Positions 52,457-64,000 of a DNA stretch of 64,000 nt are shown here, piece by piece. Source of the stretch: an uncultured delta proteobacterium. Lineage in GTDB: Bacteria > Myxococcota_A > Polyangia > Fen-1088. The stretch lies in assembly GCA_963755125.1 (NCBI GenBank), contig CAVWIP010000002.1, positions 160,001-224,000 on the forward strand, given 5' to 3'. How positions within the stretch are numbered: position 1 is the stretch's first letter; each line of letters starts with the position of its first letter. The translations under genes and the position numbers were made by a program. The notes under the pieces were generated by a model that was not told the origin of the DNA, did no database searches, and was given only the letters and a program-made list of their open reading frames with translations.

Positions 52457-53840
52457 CCCTCCGCGGGGCAAGGAGCGCAAGGTTGCGGCCAAAAAAACCG
52501 CAGCCAAGATCTCTCCGCCCACAAGACCAGCAGCCGCCAATTCTTCCGATGCCCACGCGTCGGCGACGTCCGTCGTGGCGCCGCACACCGCAGCCATCTT
52601 GGCCATTGGGGACGAGGTTCTGCGCGGCGAGATCACCAACAGCAACGCGACGTTCCTGGCCGAACGCTTGTTCGATGCGGGTCTCGAGGTTTGCGAACAG
52701 CGGGTGGTGGCTGACGAGGCCGCGGCGATGCGGCTTGCTCTGGAAGAGTTGGCGCGTCGCGCTGCGGTTGTCGTGGTGAGCGGCGGGCTTGGTCCGACAG
52801 AGGATGATCGGACCGTGGATGTGGTGGCCGATCTGCTCGGGGTCAAGGCGGACCCGCACAGCGCTTCACTCGATGCCATGAAGAAGCGCTTTGCCGCGCA
52901 TGGATTCGAGCTGACGCCCAACAACTTGCGCCAGGTGCGCGTGCCCCACGGCGCCGAGGCGCTGCCCAACGAGGCCGGCATCGCGCCTGGCTTCCTCGTT
53001 CGCATCGCGGGCCACGCGGTCTACTTCTTGCCGGGCATCCCGCGGGAGATGGAGCGGATCTACCTTGACCACGTGGCGCCCAGGCTGCGGGCTCACATGG
53101 CCGCGCAGAAGGTGCCGGTCGCGGCGGTGCGCACCTGGCACGTGTACGGCATGGGCGAATCGCACATCGACCACCGTCTGGCCAAGTTGCTGGAAAACGT
53201 TCCCCATGCGACCCTGCACTTTCGCACCGACGCGCCCGAGAACCACGTCAAGGTGGTGATCCGTGGGCCCGACACGGGCAAGAACCAGGAGTTGCTGGAG
53301 CAGGTGGATCGCGAGCTGCGAAAACGTATTGGACCCGGGATCTACGGCATAGACGGTGAAACCTTCCCGAAGGTGGTCGGGCAAGCCCTGCGCGCATCCG
53401 GCACCACGCTGGCACTAGCCGAGTCGTGTACTGGCGGTGAGGCAGGGGAGATGATCACCGCCGAACCCGGCGCGAGCGATTTCTTCCTGGGCAGCGTGGT
53501 GGCCTACGCCAACGATGTGAAAGTCAACGTCCTGGGTGTGAAGGCCGCCACCATCGCCGAGTCTGGGGCGGTCAGCGAGCCCTGCGCCAAGGAGATGGCA
53601 GAAGGGGCGAGGCGCGTGACCGGCGCCAGCATCGCGGTTTCCATCACCGGCGTGGCGGGTCCGGCGCACGAGCGCGACTCGTCGGGCGGGGGTGAGAAGC
53701 CGGTGGGCACGGTGTGCTTCGGTCTGGCCAGCGCCAAGCCCACCAAGGCCGTCAGCAAACTCTTCAGCGGCGACCGGGCGCGCATCCGGCGGGCAGCGGC
53801 CTACTTCGCTCTCGACCTCGCGCGCCGATACGCCCAGTGA
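52449..53840 (+). CDS. cinA: Competence/damage-inducible CinA (MoCF-like domain + NMN deamidase PncC)
   Basis: [50 protein letters not shown]; directly upstream of recA. Confidence 0.95.
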   Translation: MSIPPRGKERKVAAKKTAAKISPPTRPAAANSSDAHASATSVVAPHTAAILAIGDEVLRGEITNSNATFLAERLFDAGLEVCEQRVVADEAAAMRLALEELARRAAVVVVSGGLGPTEDDRTVDVVADLLGVKADPHSASLDAMKKRFAAHGFELTPNNLRQVRVPHGAEALPNEAGIAPGFLVRIAGHAVYFLPGIPREMERIYLDHVAPRLRAHMAAQKVPVAAVRTWHVYGMGESHIDHRLAKLLENVPHATLHFRTDAPENHVKVVIRGPDTGKNQELLEQVDRELRKRIGPGIYGIDGETFPKVVGQALRASGTTLALAESCTGGEAGEMITAEPGASDFFLGSVVAYANDVKVNVLGVKAATIAESGAVSEPCAKEMAEGARRVTGASIAVSITGVAGPAHERDSSGGGEKPVGTVCFGLASAKPTKAVSKLFSGDRARIRRAAAYFALDLARRYAQ

Positions 53841-53854
53841 TGTAGGAGACTCGC

Positions 53855-55027
<1,173 letters not shown>

Positions 55028-55055
55028 GCAGAGACGGCCCAACGTGGCCGCAAGA

Positions 55056-55128
55056 GGTCGTGCCCGTGGTCGTGGCCGACGGTGATCGCTTCCGGCCACG
55101 GCCACGACTACGACTACGTCCACGACCA
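55056..55128. repeat. Palindromic intergenic element, copy 1 (hexamer-repeat arms)
   Basis: GTCGTG-type hexamer left arm, GACGGTGATCGCTTC centre, CACGAC-type right arm; core near-identical to 61665-61699. Confidence 0.8.
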
Positions 55129-55288
55129 CCACCGATCCCCCAGATTGGGTGCGGAACTTGAATCATGGAAAGGTCTATTCGCCCGAAACCGTCCGGCCGC
55201 GTGCGCCGGTCGTCGCACGATCGGGGCAGACAATATTTCGGCGGAAATCTTGTCGCGCCGGGGTCCGGTGCATATTACGATCCCTACA

Positions 55289-57718
55289 ATGGCTGCCAAG
55301 AAACCCGGCCCCGAGAGCCCCATAGAGATTCCCGAGATCATCGCAGTGCTACCGTTGCGCAACTCGGTGCTGTTTCCCGGGTCGATCATACCCATCGACG
55401 TGGGTCGCAAGAAATCGGTGAAGCTGGTCGAGGAGGCGATCTCGAAAGAGAGGCCGGTCATCGGCATCGTCACGCAACGTGATGCTCGCACCGAGGATCC
55501 CGGCCCCGCCGACCTCTACACCGTGGGCTGCGCAGCCCGCATCCTCAAGGTGATCAAGCTGGCCAAGGACAGCTTCTCGGTGATCCTGCAGGGGATTGCG
55601 CGCGTCCGGCTGTTGGAGACCGGGGCGCAGGATCCGTTCATGACGGCCAAGGTGCAGGTGCTGCCTGACCCGCTCGGCTCCAATCTCGACCTGGACGCGT
55701 TGGTGCTCAACCTCAAGGACGTGGTCAAGCGTGTGTTCAAGCTCATGCCGGAGTTGCCCAAGGAGGCTTCCACGCTCATCGACAGCGTGACCGAGCCCGG
55801 GCAGATCGCCGACCTCATCACCTCGAATCTGGACGTCCAGGTCGACGAAAAACAAGAGATCCTCGAGATTTTCGAGCTCAAGGCCAGGCTGCGGCGCGTG
55901 CTGCAGTTCCTTTCGCGCCAGCACGAGGTGCTCAAGGTGCGCGAGAAGATCAACACCCAGGTGCAGGAGGAGATGGGGCGCAACCAACGCGAGTATGTCC
56001 TGCGCCAGCAGCTCAAGGCCATCAAGGAGGAACTGGGCGAGATCGACGAGACGGGCGGCGATCTGGACGACTTCCGGGAAAAGATCGCGGCGGCCAAGAT
56101 GCCCGGCGAGACCGAGAAGGTGGCGCTCAAGCAACTGGAGCGGCTCAAGGTCATGCAGCCATCCTCGGCCGAGTACACGGTGACACGCACCTATCTGGAA
56201 TGGCTGGTCGAGCTGCCGTGGGCGATTTCGACCGAGGACAAGCTGGATATCCCGGCAGCTCGCGACATTCTCAACGCCGACCACTACGACCTGGAGAAGG
56301 TCAAGAAGCGCATCCTGGAGTACCTGGCAGTGCGCAAGCTGAAGACCGACAAGAAAGGGCCGATCCTCTGCCTGGTGGGGCCGCCCGGCGTGGGCAAGAC
56401 GTCGCTGGGCAAGTCCATCGCGCGCGCCCTGGGCCGCAAGTTCATGCGCGTGTCGCTGGGTGGGGTGCGCGATGAGGCCGAGATCCGCGGTCACCGCCGC
56501 ACCTACGTGGGGTCGCTGCCCGGGCGAATCGTGCAAGGCATGAAGAAGGCGGGATCGAACAACCCGGTGTTCATGCTCGACGAGATCGACAAGCTGGGGC
56601 ACGACTTCCGCGGGGATCCGGCCGCGGCTTTGCTGGAAGTCCTGGACCCGGAGCAGAACCACGCCTTCTCGGACCACTACCTGGAGGTGTCGTTCGATCT
56701 GTCCAAGGTCATGTTCATCGCCACGGCCAACATCCTCGACCCGGTTCCGCCGGCTTTGCGCGATCGTCTCGAGGTGCTGGAGATTCCGGGCTACACCAGC
56801 GAAGAGAAGCTGAACATCGCCAAACAGTTCCTCATCAAGAAGCAACTGGACGAGCACGGACTGGGCGGTGAGCGCGTGATTTTCGAGGACGCCGCGGTCA
56901 GCGAAGTCATCGACAGCTACACGCGCGAGGCGGGCGTGCGCAACCTCGAGCGTGAACTGGCCAACGTCATTCGGGCGGTGGCGGTGCTGGTGGCGGAAGA
57001 GAAGGCCACGGAAAAAGAGACGATCACCATGGCGCGCGTGCCCGATTTTCTGGGCCCGCAGAAGTTCCTGCCCGAGGTGGCCGAGCGCACCGCCGAGGCG
57101 GGCGTCGCCACCGGGCTGGCCTGGACGCCGGTGGGCGGCGATATCTTGTTTATCGAAGCGACTCGTATGAACGGCAAGGGCAATCTGGTGCTGACCGGGC
57201 AGCTTGGCGACGTGATGAAAGAGTCGGCGCAAGCCGCGCTGTCGTTCATCCGCGCCCGCGCGCGCTGGCTGGGGCTCGACGAAGTATTCCTCGAGCGCAG
57301 TGACCTGCACCTGCACATCCCGGCTGGGGCCATTCCCAAGGATGGCCCGTCCGCAGGCGTGACGATGTTCGTGGCCATGGTTTCGTTGCTGACCGGAAAA
57401 CCGGTGCGCAGCGACGTGGCCATGACCGGCGAGATCACCCTGCGTGGTCTGATTCTCCCGGTGGGCGGCATCAAGGAGAAGTTCCTAGCCGCGCACCGTG
57501 CCGGCATCAAGCGCGTCGTCATGCCGGAGCGCAACCGCAAGGACATCATCGATATCCCCGAACAGCCGCGCAAGGAGATCGAGATCATTTTCGTCAAGCG
57601 CATGGACGAGCTTCTGCCTCTCGTTTTGACCGAGATGCCCAAGCTGCAAGGAACGATGTCGAGCGCCGTGACCCCGGCGCCGTCGACGCCGGCGCCACCG
57701 ATGCCGCCCTCGGCCTAG
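55289..57718 (+). CDS. lon: ATP-dependent Lon protease (LonD/BsgA-like N-terminus)
   Basis: [37 protein letters not shown] catalytic Ser, GGIKEK catalytic Lys. Confidence 0.97.
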   Translation: MAAKKPGPESPIEIPEIIAVLPLRNSVLFPGSIIPIDVGRKKSVKLVEEAISKERPVIGIVTQRDARTEDPGPADLYTVGCAARILKVIKLAKDSFSVILQGIARVRLLETGAQDPFMTAKVQVLPDPLGSNLDLDALVLNLKDVVKRVFKLMPELPKEASTLIDSVTEPGQIADLITSNLDVQVDEKQEILEIFELKARLRRVLQFLSRQHEVLKVREKINTQVQEEMGRNQREYVLRQQLKAIKEELGEIDETGGDLDDFREKIAAAKMPGETEKVALKQLERLKVMQPSSAEYTVTRTYLEWLVELPWAISTEDKLDIPAARDILNADHYDLEKVKKRILEYLAVRKLKTDKKGPILCLVGPPGVGKTSLGKSIARALGRKFMRVSLGGVRDEAEIRGHRRTYVGSLPGRIVQGMKKAGSNNPVFMLDEIDKLGHDFRGDPAAALLEVLDPEQNHAFSDHYLEVSFDLSKVMFIATANILDPVPPALRDRLEVLEIPGYTSEEKLNIAKQFLIKKQLDEHGLGGERVIFEDAAVSEVIDSYTREAGVRNLERELANVIRAVAVLVAEEKATEKETITMARVPDFLGPQKFLPEVAERTAEAGVATGLAWTPVGGDILFIEATRMNGKGNLVLTGQLGDVMKESAQAALSFIRARARWLGLDEVFLERSDLHLHIPAGAIPKDGPSAGVTMFVAMVSLLTGKPVRSDVAMTGEITLRGLILPVGGIKEKFLAAHRAGIKRVVMPERNRKDIIDIPEQPRKEIEIIFVKRMDELLPLVLTEMPKLQGTMSSAVTPAPSTPAPPMPPSA

Positions 57719-57723
57719 ACGAA

Positions 57724-59499
57724 TCAAAGTAGCCAGATGGCTAGATGAACGCGCAATCCACCATTGCGAAGCTCGTGGGTCTTGATTGGGGTCCGCCGGG
57801 CTCCCGCCGCCACCGCCGCGACGAACGCGGGATTTGGACACAGCACGCCCGCGCGCCAGCCCCGGTAGCACGCGGCCGCCGTTCTTCCCAGCTCGCGCGC
57901 TAGACGGTTGGCTTGCCCGTGGTCGCCCAGCCGGTGACCGTAGGGCGGGTTGACGAGGAGAAGTCCCGCTCGGGCTGGGATCTCGCCTTCGCCAAATACG
58001 GCAGTCGCTAAACCAACGTCGTTTTGCACCTTCGCGCGCTCGGCATTGCGGCGAGCGGTGTCCACGGCGCGCACGTCTCGATCCGTGGCGAGAATAGGGG
58101 CGGGCACGCTTGGCAGTGGCACAGCCGAATCGCGCAAGGCCTGCCATGAAGATGCCTCGTGGACAGGCCAGCGTTCAAAGGCAAACGGGCGAGCCAGGCC
58201 GGGCGCCATCTTGCGCGCCATGGCCGCGGCCTCGATGGCGATAGTGCCTGCGCCGCACATGGGATCCACGAGCGGCGACGCGGGATCGTATTCGCACAGG
58301 GCCAGCAGGCCCGCGGCCAAGGTTTCGCGCAGGGGCGCGCGTCCAGCTTCCAGACGCCAGCCGCGGCGGTGCAGAAGTGAGCCTGAAGAATCGATGCTGG
58401 CCGTGAAGCGATCGTCCTGTCCGCGCAGAAGGATTCGCGTACGGTCGTCGTCTTCGGTCGGCACGGGCGGTTTCTGGGGCAGCTTGCCCACACAGTCGGC
58501 AATCGCCAGTTCCACCGTCTCGGCCAAGGCGCCCGTGTGGTACAGGCGGCAGTGGCTGGTCGAGACGTCGATGCGCAGGGCGCGGTCGCGCGGGACGTAG
58601 CTTTGCCACGGCAGACCAGCCAGGTCTCGGCGCAGCGGCGCGAAGTCGCGCGCCTTCACTTCGCCCATGCGCAGCACGATGCGGGTGGCGATGCGGCTGT
58701 GCAGATTGGCGGCCATGCCGGCGGCTAGGGTTCCCGAGAACTCGACCCCGCCGTCAACCACGCTGGGCTTACCAATCGCCGAAAGCATGGCCAATTCGGC
58801 ACACAAGACTTGTTCCAGGCCGGGCGACGCAACCGCAAACCAGTGCAGCTCGCCCGGAACCTGCGAGGACTTCTTCTTCTGCGGACGCGCGGGCTTGCGC
58901 TCGCCGATCTTGGGCATGCTCTCGGGGCGGCCGGCAAAGTGCAGGTGGGCCAGGATTTCAACGGTCCCGCTGCCACCAGCCACAGGCGAATCCACGCATC
59001 CCAGCAGCTCGAAGCCGAGGCGCTCGGCCTTTGCGCGAAAGGTTTCGACAGCGCGCTTGCGCAGTTCCACAGCGTCGACTCTGCCGTCCTTCACCAGATG
59101 GCTGGGTAACTCGAACTGCGGTTTGACCAGGACGACGCCCTCCGCGTCCGGCCGCAGCCGAAAGGCCAGGCCGCGCAACATGCTTCGCGCGGCCACGAAG
59201 CTGACATCCACGGTGAAGAAATCGAAAGGTCCAGGCGCCACATCCAGCGACAAGGTTTTGAAGTCGGTGCGTTCCAGGCTGGTCACGCGCCGGTCGCCAG
59301 CCAGGGCGGCCAGAAGCTGCCCGTGTCCCACGTCAACCGCGGTCACATGGCCAGCGCCCTGTTCGAGCAGAACCGCGACGAACCCGCCGGTAGACGCGCC
59401 CAGGTCGAGAGCGTTGGCTCCGCGCACGGCTGCCGCCAGCTTGAAGTGCGCGAACGCGGCTTCCAGCTTGCGTCCGCCGCGCGTGTGATCCCCGGTCAT
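57724..59499 (-). CDS. Fused RNA methyltransferase: S4-less TlyA domain + THUMP/RlmL-type domain
   Basis: N-half RGGRKL, LDLGASTGGF, AVDVGHGQL, DVSF, LVKPQFE. C-half PGLE, ANLHSRIATRI, DSSGSLLHRRGWR, APLRETLAA, DPMCGAGTI, NPPYG. One uninterrupted frame. Confidence 0.88.
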   Translation of the reverse strand: MTGDHTRGGRKLEAAFAHFKLAAAVRGANALDLGASTGGFVAVLLEQGAGHVTAVDVGHGQLLAALAGDRRVTSLERTDFKTLSLDVAPGPFDFFTVDVSFVAARSMLRGLAFRLRPDAEGVVLVKPQFELPSHLVKDGRVDAVELRKRAVETFRAKAERLGFELLGCVDSPVAGGSGTVEILAHLHFAGRPESMPKIGERKPARPQKKKSSQVPGELHWFAVASPGLEQVLCAELAMLSAIGKPSVVDGGVEFSGTLAAGMAANLHSRIATRIVLRMGEVKARDFAPLRRDLAGLPWQSYVPRDRALRIDVSTSHCRLYHTGALAETVELAIADCVGKLPQKPPVPTEDDDRTRILLRGQDDRFTASIDSSGSLLHRRGWRLEAGRAPLRETLAAGLLALCEYDPASPLVDPMCGAGTIAIEAAAMARKMAPGLARPFAFERWPVHEASSWQALRDSAVPLPSVPAPILATDRDVRAVDTARRNAERAKVQNDVGLATAVFGEGEIPARAGLLLVNPPYGHRLGDHGQANRLARELGRTAAACYRGWRAGVLCPNPAFVAAVAAGARRTPIKTHELRNGGLRVHLAIWLL

Positions 59500-59613
59500 G
59501 GGCCGACGAATCTACGTGCTTTCACGCCTGACACCACTTGAACCTGAGAACTGCACACTGGAAACGAGCTGTTTGGTTGGGACGCCGCAAAGCGTGAACA
59601 CCTGACCCGCTCC

Positions 59614-59642
59614 TTGACGCGTGAGAGGGCGGTGCTTACTGT
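59614..59642 (+). promoter_or_regulatory. dnaK sigma-70-type promoter
   Basis: TTGACG-N17-TACTGT about 50 nt before the ATG; AAGGA SD downstream. Confidence 0.65.
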
Positions 59643-59691
59643 ACGCCCGCGACTGACAATCGAATTTCCATCCCACGAAAAGGACAAGCAA

Positions 59692-61607
<1,916 letters not shown>

Positions 61608-61617
<10 letters not shown>

Positions 61618-61635
61618 TCTCGAAGGAATAGTCTC
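61608..61635 (+). repeat. Perfect 14-bp tandem duplication spanning the dnaK stop codon
   Basis: GAAGGAATAGTCTC at 61608-61621 and 61622-61635. Confidence 0.9.
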
Positions 61636-61651
61636 GCGGTTCCGCTGAAGA

Positions 61652-61714
61652 TCGTGGTCGTTTTCGTGGTCGTGGCCGATGGTGATCGCTCCGGCCACGA
61701 CAACGTCCACGACC
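61652..61714. repeat. Palindromic intergenic element, copy 2
   Basis: CGTGGTCGTGGCCGATGGTGATCGCTCCGGCCACG core with hexamer arms; right arm ends ACGTCCACGACC as in copy 1. Confidence 0.8.
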
Positions 61715-61785
61715 TACTCCTTCTGTCATCGCGGAGATAGGTTGGAGGCAGTCGACTGGCGAGCCCCGTCGGGGTATGGTCGGTC

Positions 61786-62880
61786 ATGCATCCGATCCTG
61801 CTGCAGCTCCCCTCGAAGGTCCTCTTCGTCGCGGCGCTGGTCTTGGCGGTGGTGTCTTTCGTGCGCAATCAGGTGCAGCGCCGGCGCAACCCCAAGGTGC
61901 CGTCGACCTCCACACCGATGCTGCTGGTGGCGGGCGCGTGGGCGCTGCTGGGACTGCGAGGCGGAACCTGGATTCCCTCGGCCGGAGTGTTCGGCAAGCC
62001 GTGGCTGCCTGTGCCTATCTTCTCCTATGGCGTGATGTTGACCACCGGCTTCGTGGTCGGCTGGTTCGTGGCCATGCGGCTGGCCCGCAAGGACGGCATC
62101 CGCGACGAAGACGCCGGCGCCATCTACATGTGGACCGCGGTTTGGTCGATCGTGGGGGCGCGCGTGCTCTACGTCATCACGCAGTGGCAGGAGTTTTCCA
62201 ATCCGGTGGACATCGTCATGCTCAACAAGGGCGGCCTGGTCGCGTATGGCGGGATGCTGGGTGGGTTTGCGGCAAGCTGGTATGGTTGCCACCGGCGCAA
62301 GATCGAGCTGTTGCGCTGGGCTGACGTGTCCGCGCCCTCGGTGGTGCTGGGCACGGCGATAACCCGCGTCGGGTGCCTGCTGTTCGGCTGCGACTACGGC
62401 AAGGTGTCGCACGTGCCGTGGGCCATTCGCTTCCCCAAGGACGCGCCGGCCTGGAAGGACCACGTGTACAGCATGCATGCGCTCGCTCCGGACGCGGCGT
62501 GGTCCCTGCCTGTCCACCCCACGCAGATCTACGAAACTCTGACCGGGCTCGCGCTCTTTGGCCTGCTCATGTTCTTGCGTCGCGTGCGCAACTTTTCCGG
62601 CGAGGTGTTTCTGGGCTGGGTGCTGGGCTACGGTATCATGCGCCCCATCATCGAGATCTATCGCGGCGACGACGACCGCGGCAGCGTGGGAATCCTGTCG
62701 ACCTCGCAGTTCATCGGCCTGGCCTCGGTGGTGGCGGGCCTGGGACTGCTCGTCTATCTGATCAAACGCTACCGGGCTGATCCGGCCGCCGCGCGGCTGT
62801 GGGAGATTCCCCTTCCGACCCAGGCCAAGGCCGAGCCGGCGTCGCACGAACGGTCGCGTAGGCGCCGCAATAACCGCTGA
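61786..62880 (+). CDS. lgt: Prolipoprotein diacylglyceryl transferase
   Basis: [47 protein letters not shown]; extra N-terminal TMs. Confidence 0.93.
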   Translation: MHPILLQLPSKVLFVAALVLAVVSFVRNQVQRRRNPKVPSTSTPMLLVAGAWALLGLRGGTWIPSAGVFGKPWLPVPIFSYGVMLTTGFVVGWFVAMRLARKDGIRDEDAGAIYMWTAVWSIVGARVLYVITQWQEFSNPVDIVMLNKGGLVAYGGMLGGFAASWYGCHRRKIELLRWADVSAPSVVLGTAITRVGCLLFGCDYGKVSHVPWAIRFPKDAPAWKDHVYSMHALAPDAAWSLPVHPTQIYETLTGLALFGLLMFLRRVRNFSGEVFLGWVLGYGIMRPIIEIYRGDDDRGSVGILSTSQFIGLASVVAGLGLLVYLIKRYRADPAAARLWEIPLPTQAKAEPASHERSRRRRNNR

Positions 62881-62965
62881 TCGGTGCCGACACGACTGAC
62901 GGGCTCACGCTGCGGCAGGAATTGGGGTATAACCTGCCTCAAAACAACGACGTGAGGGGGCGATC

Positions 62966-63547
62966 ATGAGTCTCAAGCGCAGCCACGCGGCGGGCGTCCG
63001 CACGAGCTTTACAGGCGGCAGCGATTCCGGCGGCAAGCTGGGCCGGCAGGAGCTGTACGACGAGCTGAAGAAGCTGGCCCAGTCTGGCCAGGTTTTCGCG
63101 CCGGTCGACATCGCCTTGGCCATTGGCGCCGGTGAGGCGCTGGTCTCGCGATCGCTCATCGGCCTGGCGGCTGAGGGCTACCTGGAAAAGATCGACACGG
63201 GCAAGTACAAGGCCACGCCGTTCGCGGAGATCCCCCAGGCCGAGTTCCTCAAAGCCCTGGCCCGGGCGTCCAAGACCGATTCCACACGCCAGCGCGACCT
63301 GTCCGAGATTGCTCGCTTGAAGCAGAACAACGACGTGATGCGTGCCAAGTTGCTTGCCGCCATCGCAGAGCGGGATCACTACCTGGCGGCCCTCAGGCAG
63401 CACGGCATCGACGCCGGTCCCGCGCCCGTGCCAGCGGCCGTGTCCACCGAGGATGCGCCGGCCGCGGCGCAGAATGCGCCTGTGCCCGAGCAGACCGCGG
63501 CAGGCTCGCCGACTCCGTCGAGTGGAAGCGGCGACGGCAACTCGTGA
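62966..63547 (+). CDS. Hypothetical protein: winged-helix-like domain + coiled coil + disordered tail
   Basis: GAGGGGG SD, upstream TATAAC; DIALAIGAGEALVSRSLIGLAAEGYLEK wHTH pattern followed by a heptad helix. Confidence 0.65.
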   Translation: MSLKRSHAAGVRTSFTGGSDSGGKLGRQELYDELKKLAQSGQVFAPVDIALAIGAGEALVSRSLIGLAAEGYLEKIDTGKYKATPFAEIPQAEFLKALARASKTDSTRQRDLSEIARLKQNNDVMRAKLLAAIAERDHYLAALRQHGIDAGPAPVPAAVSTEDAPAAAQNAPVPEQTAAGSPTPSSGSGDGNS

Positions 63548-63584
63548 TCCGGACGGGTCGTCCCGCACGCCGCAAAGAGCCGCC

Positions 63585-64000
63585 TTGTCCCTTCGCTTTC
63601 GCATACGGGCCGGCAGCCGGCTAGCGGCGGCAGCCTCCGTCGAGCGAGTGGTGGAGATCGAGCCACACGAGAGCGATCCCGTGATTGGCCGTCGGCGGGG
63701 CAGTGACATCGAGTTGCCGTTTGCTACCGTGTCCGAGCAGCACGCGCGTCTTGCGCGGGGTGAGCGGGGCTGGCTGCTGGTCGACCAGGGCAGTGCCAAC
63801 GGTACGTTCGTCAATGGCCACCGGCTGACGCCCCTCGTGGCGCAGGCATTGTCGGTGGGCGACGTTGTGCGCCTGGCGAGCGTGGAGATGGTCTTCGAGG
63901 GTGAGGGACGGCCCGCCCAGGGCGCCGAGGGACAGGGAGGCGTGCCCGAATCGACGGCCACCCTGGCGCGCCGTCTGGTCAGTGATCGATTCGGGACGTG
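63585..64000 (+). CDS. FHA-domain protein, 3' truncated (not in the ORF track)
   Basis: Manual translation from TTG 63585: MSLRFRI...VIGRRRGSDIELPFATVSEQHARL...DQGSANGTFVNG...GDVVRL; open to the window end. Confidence 0.85.
   Translation, partial: MSLRFRIRAGSRLAAAASVERVVEIEPHESDPVIGRRRGSDIELPFATVSEQHARLARGERGWLLVDQGSANGTFVNGHRLTPLVAQALSVGDVVRLASVEMVFEGEGRPAQGAEGQGGVPESTATLARRLVSDRFGT

Noticed and set aside
55056..55135. CRISPR array, or His/Asp-rich N-terminal extension of Lon
   Set aside because: No repeat-spacer periodicity and no cas genes. The [12 protein letters not shown] peptide is just the translated hexamer arm; lon starts at 55289.
59595..59640. CIRCE or LexA box upstream of dnaK
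   Set aside because: Only a partial right half of CIRCE (CGGTGCTTA) with no left arm; GTGAACACCTGACCCG matches the LexA box poorly.
63045..63215. Z-alpha (Z-DNA-binding) domain
   Set aside because: wHTH spacing is similar but the diagnostic Asn, Tyr and Trp residues are missing.

Overview
GC-rich (roughly two-thirds G+C by eye) bacterial chromosome segment. Gene content and the LexA-box type point to Myxococcota. It is mostly core genome. It holds lexA with a divergent sensor-less sigma-54 activator, and a complete gspC-D-E-F-G-H-I-J-K-L-M-N type II secretion operon preceded by an NtrC-type regulator. It also carries two large lipoproteins (a GH30 glycosidase and a Cys-repeat/FGE-like protein), two diguanylate cyclases, aroC, speA, a membrane pyrophosphatase, a four-gene ECF-sigma/FecR-TPR module, dnaJ, a Slt, xseB-ispA, a histidine kinase, a PP2C, cinA-recA, lon, dnaK and lgt. 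I saw no rRNA, tRNA, CRISPR array, transposase, integrase or phage genes. The most notable observations are: (1) a TlyA + THUMP/RlmL-type double RNA-methyltransferase fusion; (2) matching sigma-54 promoters with a shared TGYCA-N3-TGRCA palindrome upstream of both the T2SS operon and its neighbouring activator; (3) a stand-alone Cys/His finger resembling the N-terminal domain of bacterial ZZ-histones; (4) an ECF/FecR-TPR module with no TonB-dependent receptor; (5) LexA boxes at lexA and cinA-recA; (6) repeated -10-like hexamers 5-10 nt before start codons that lack a Shine-Dalgarno (leaderless or short-leader mRNAs); (7) two copies of a hexamer-armed palindromic intergenic element. All family assignments come from motif recognition by eye, not database searches, and several start codons were moved inward from the ORF track.
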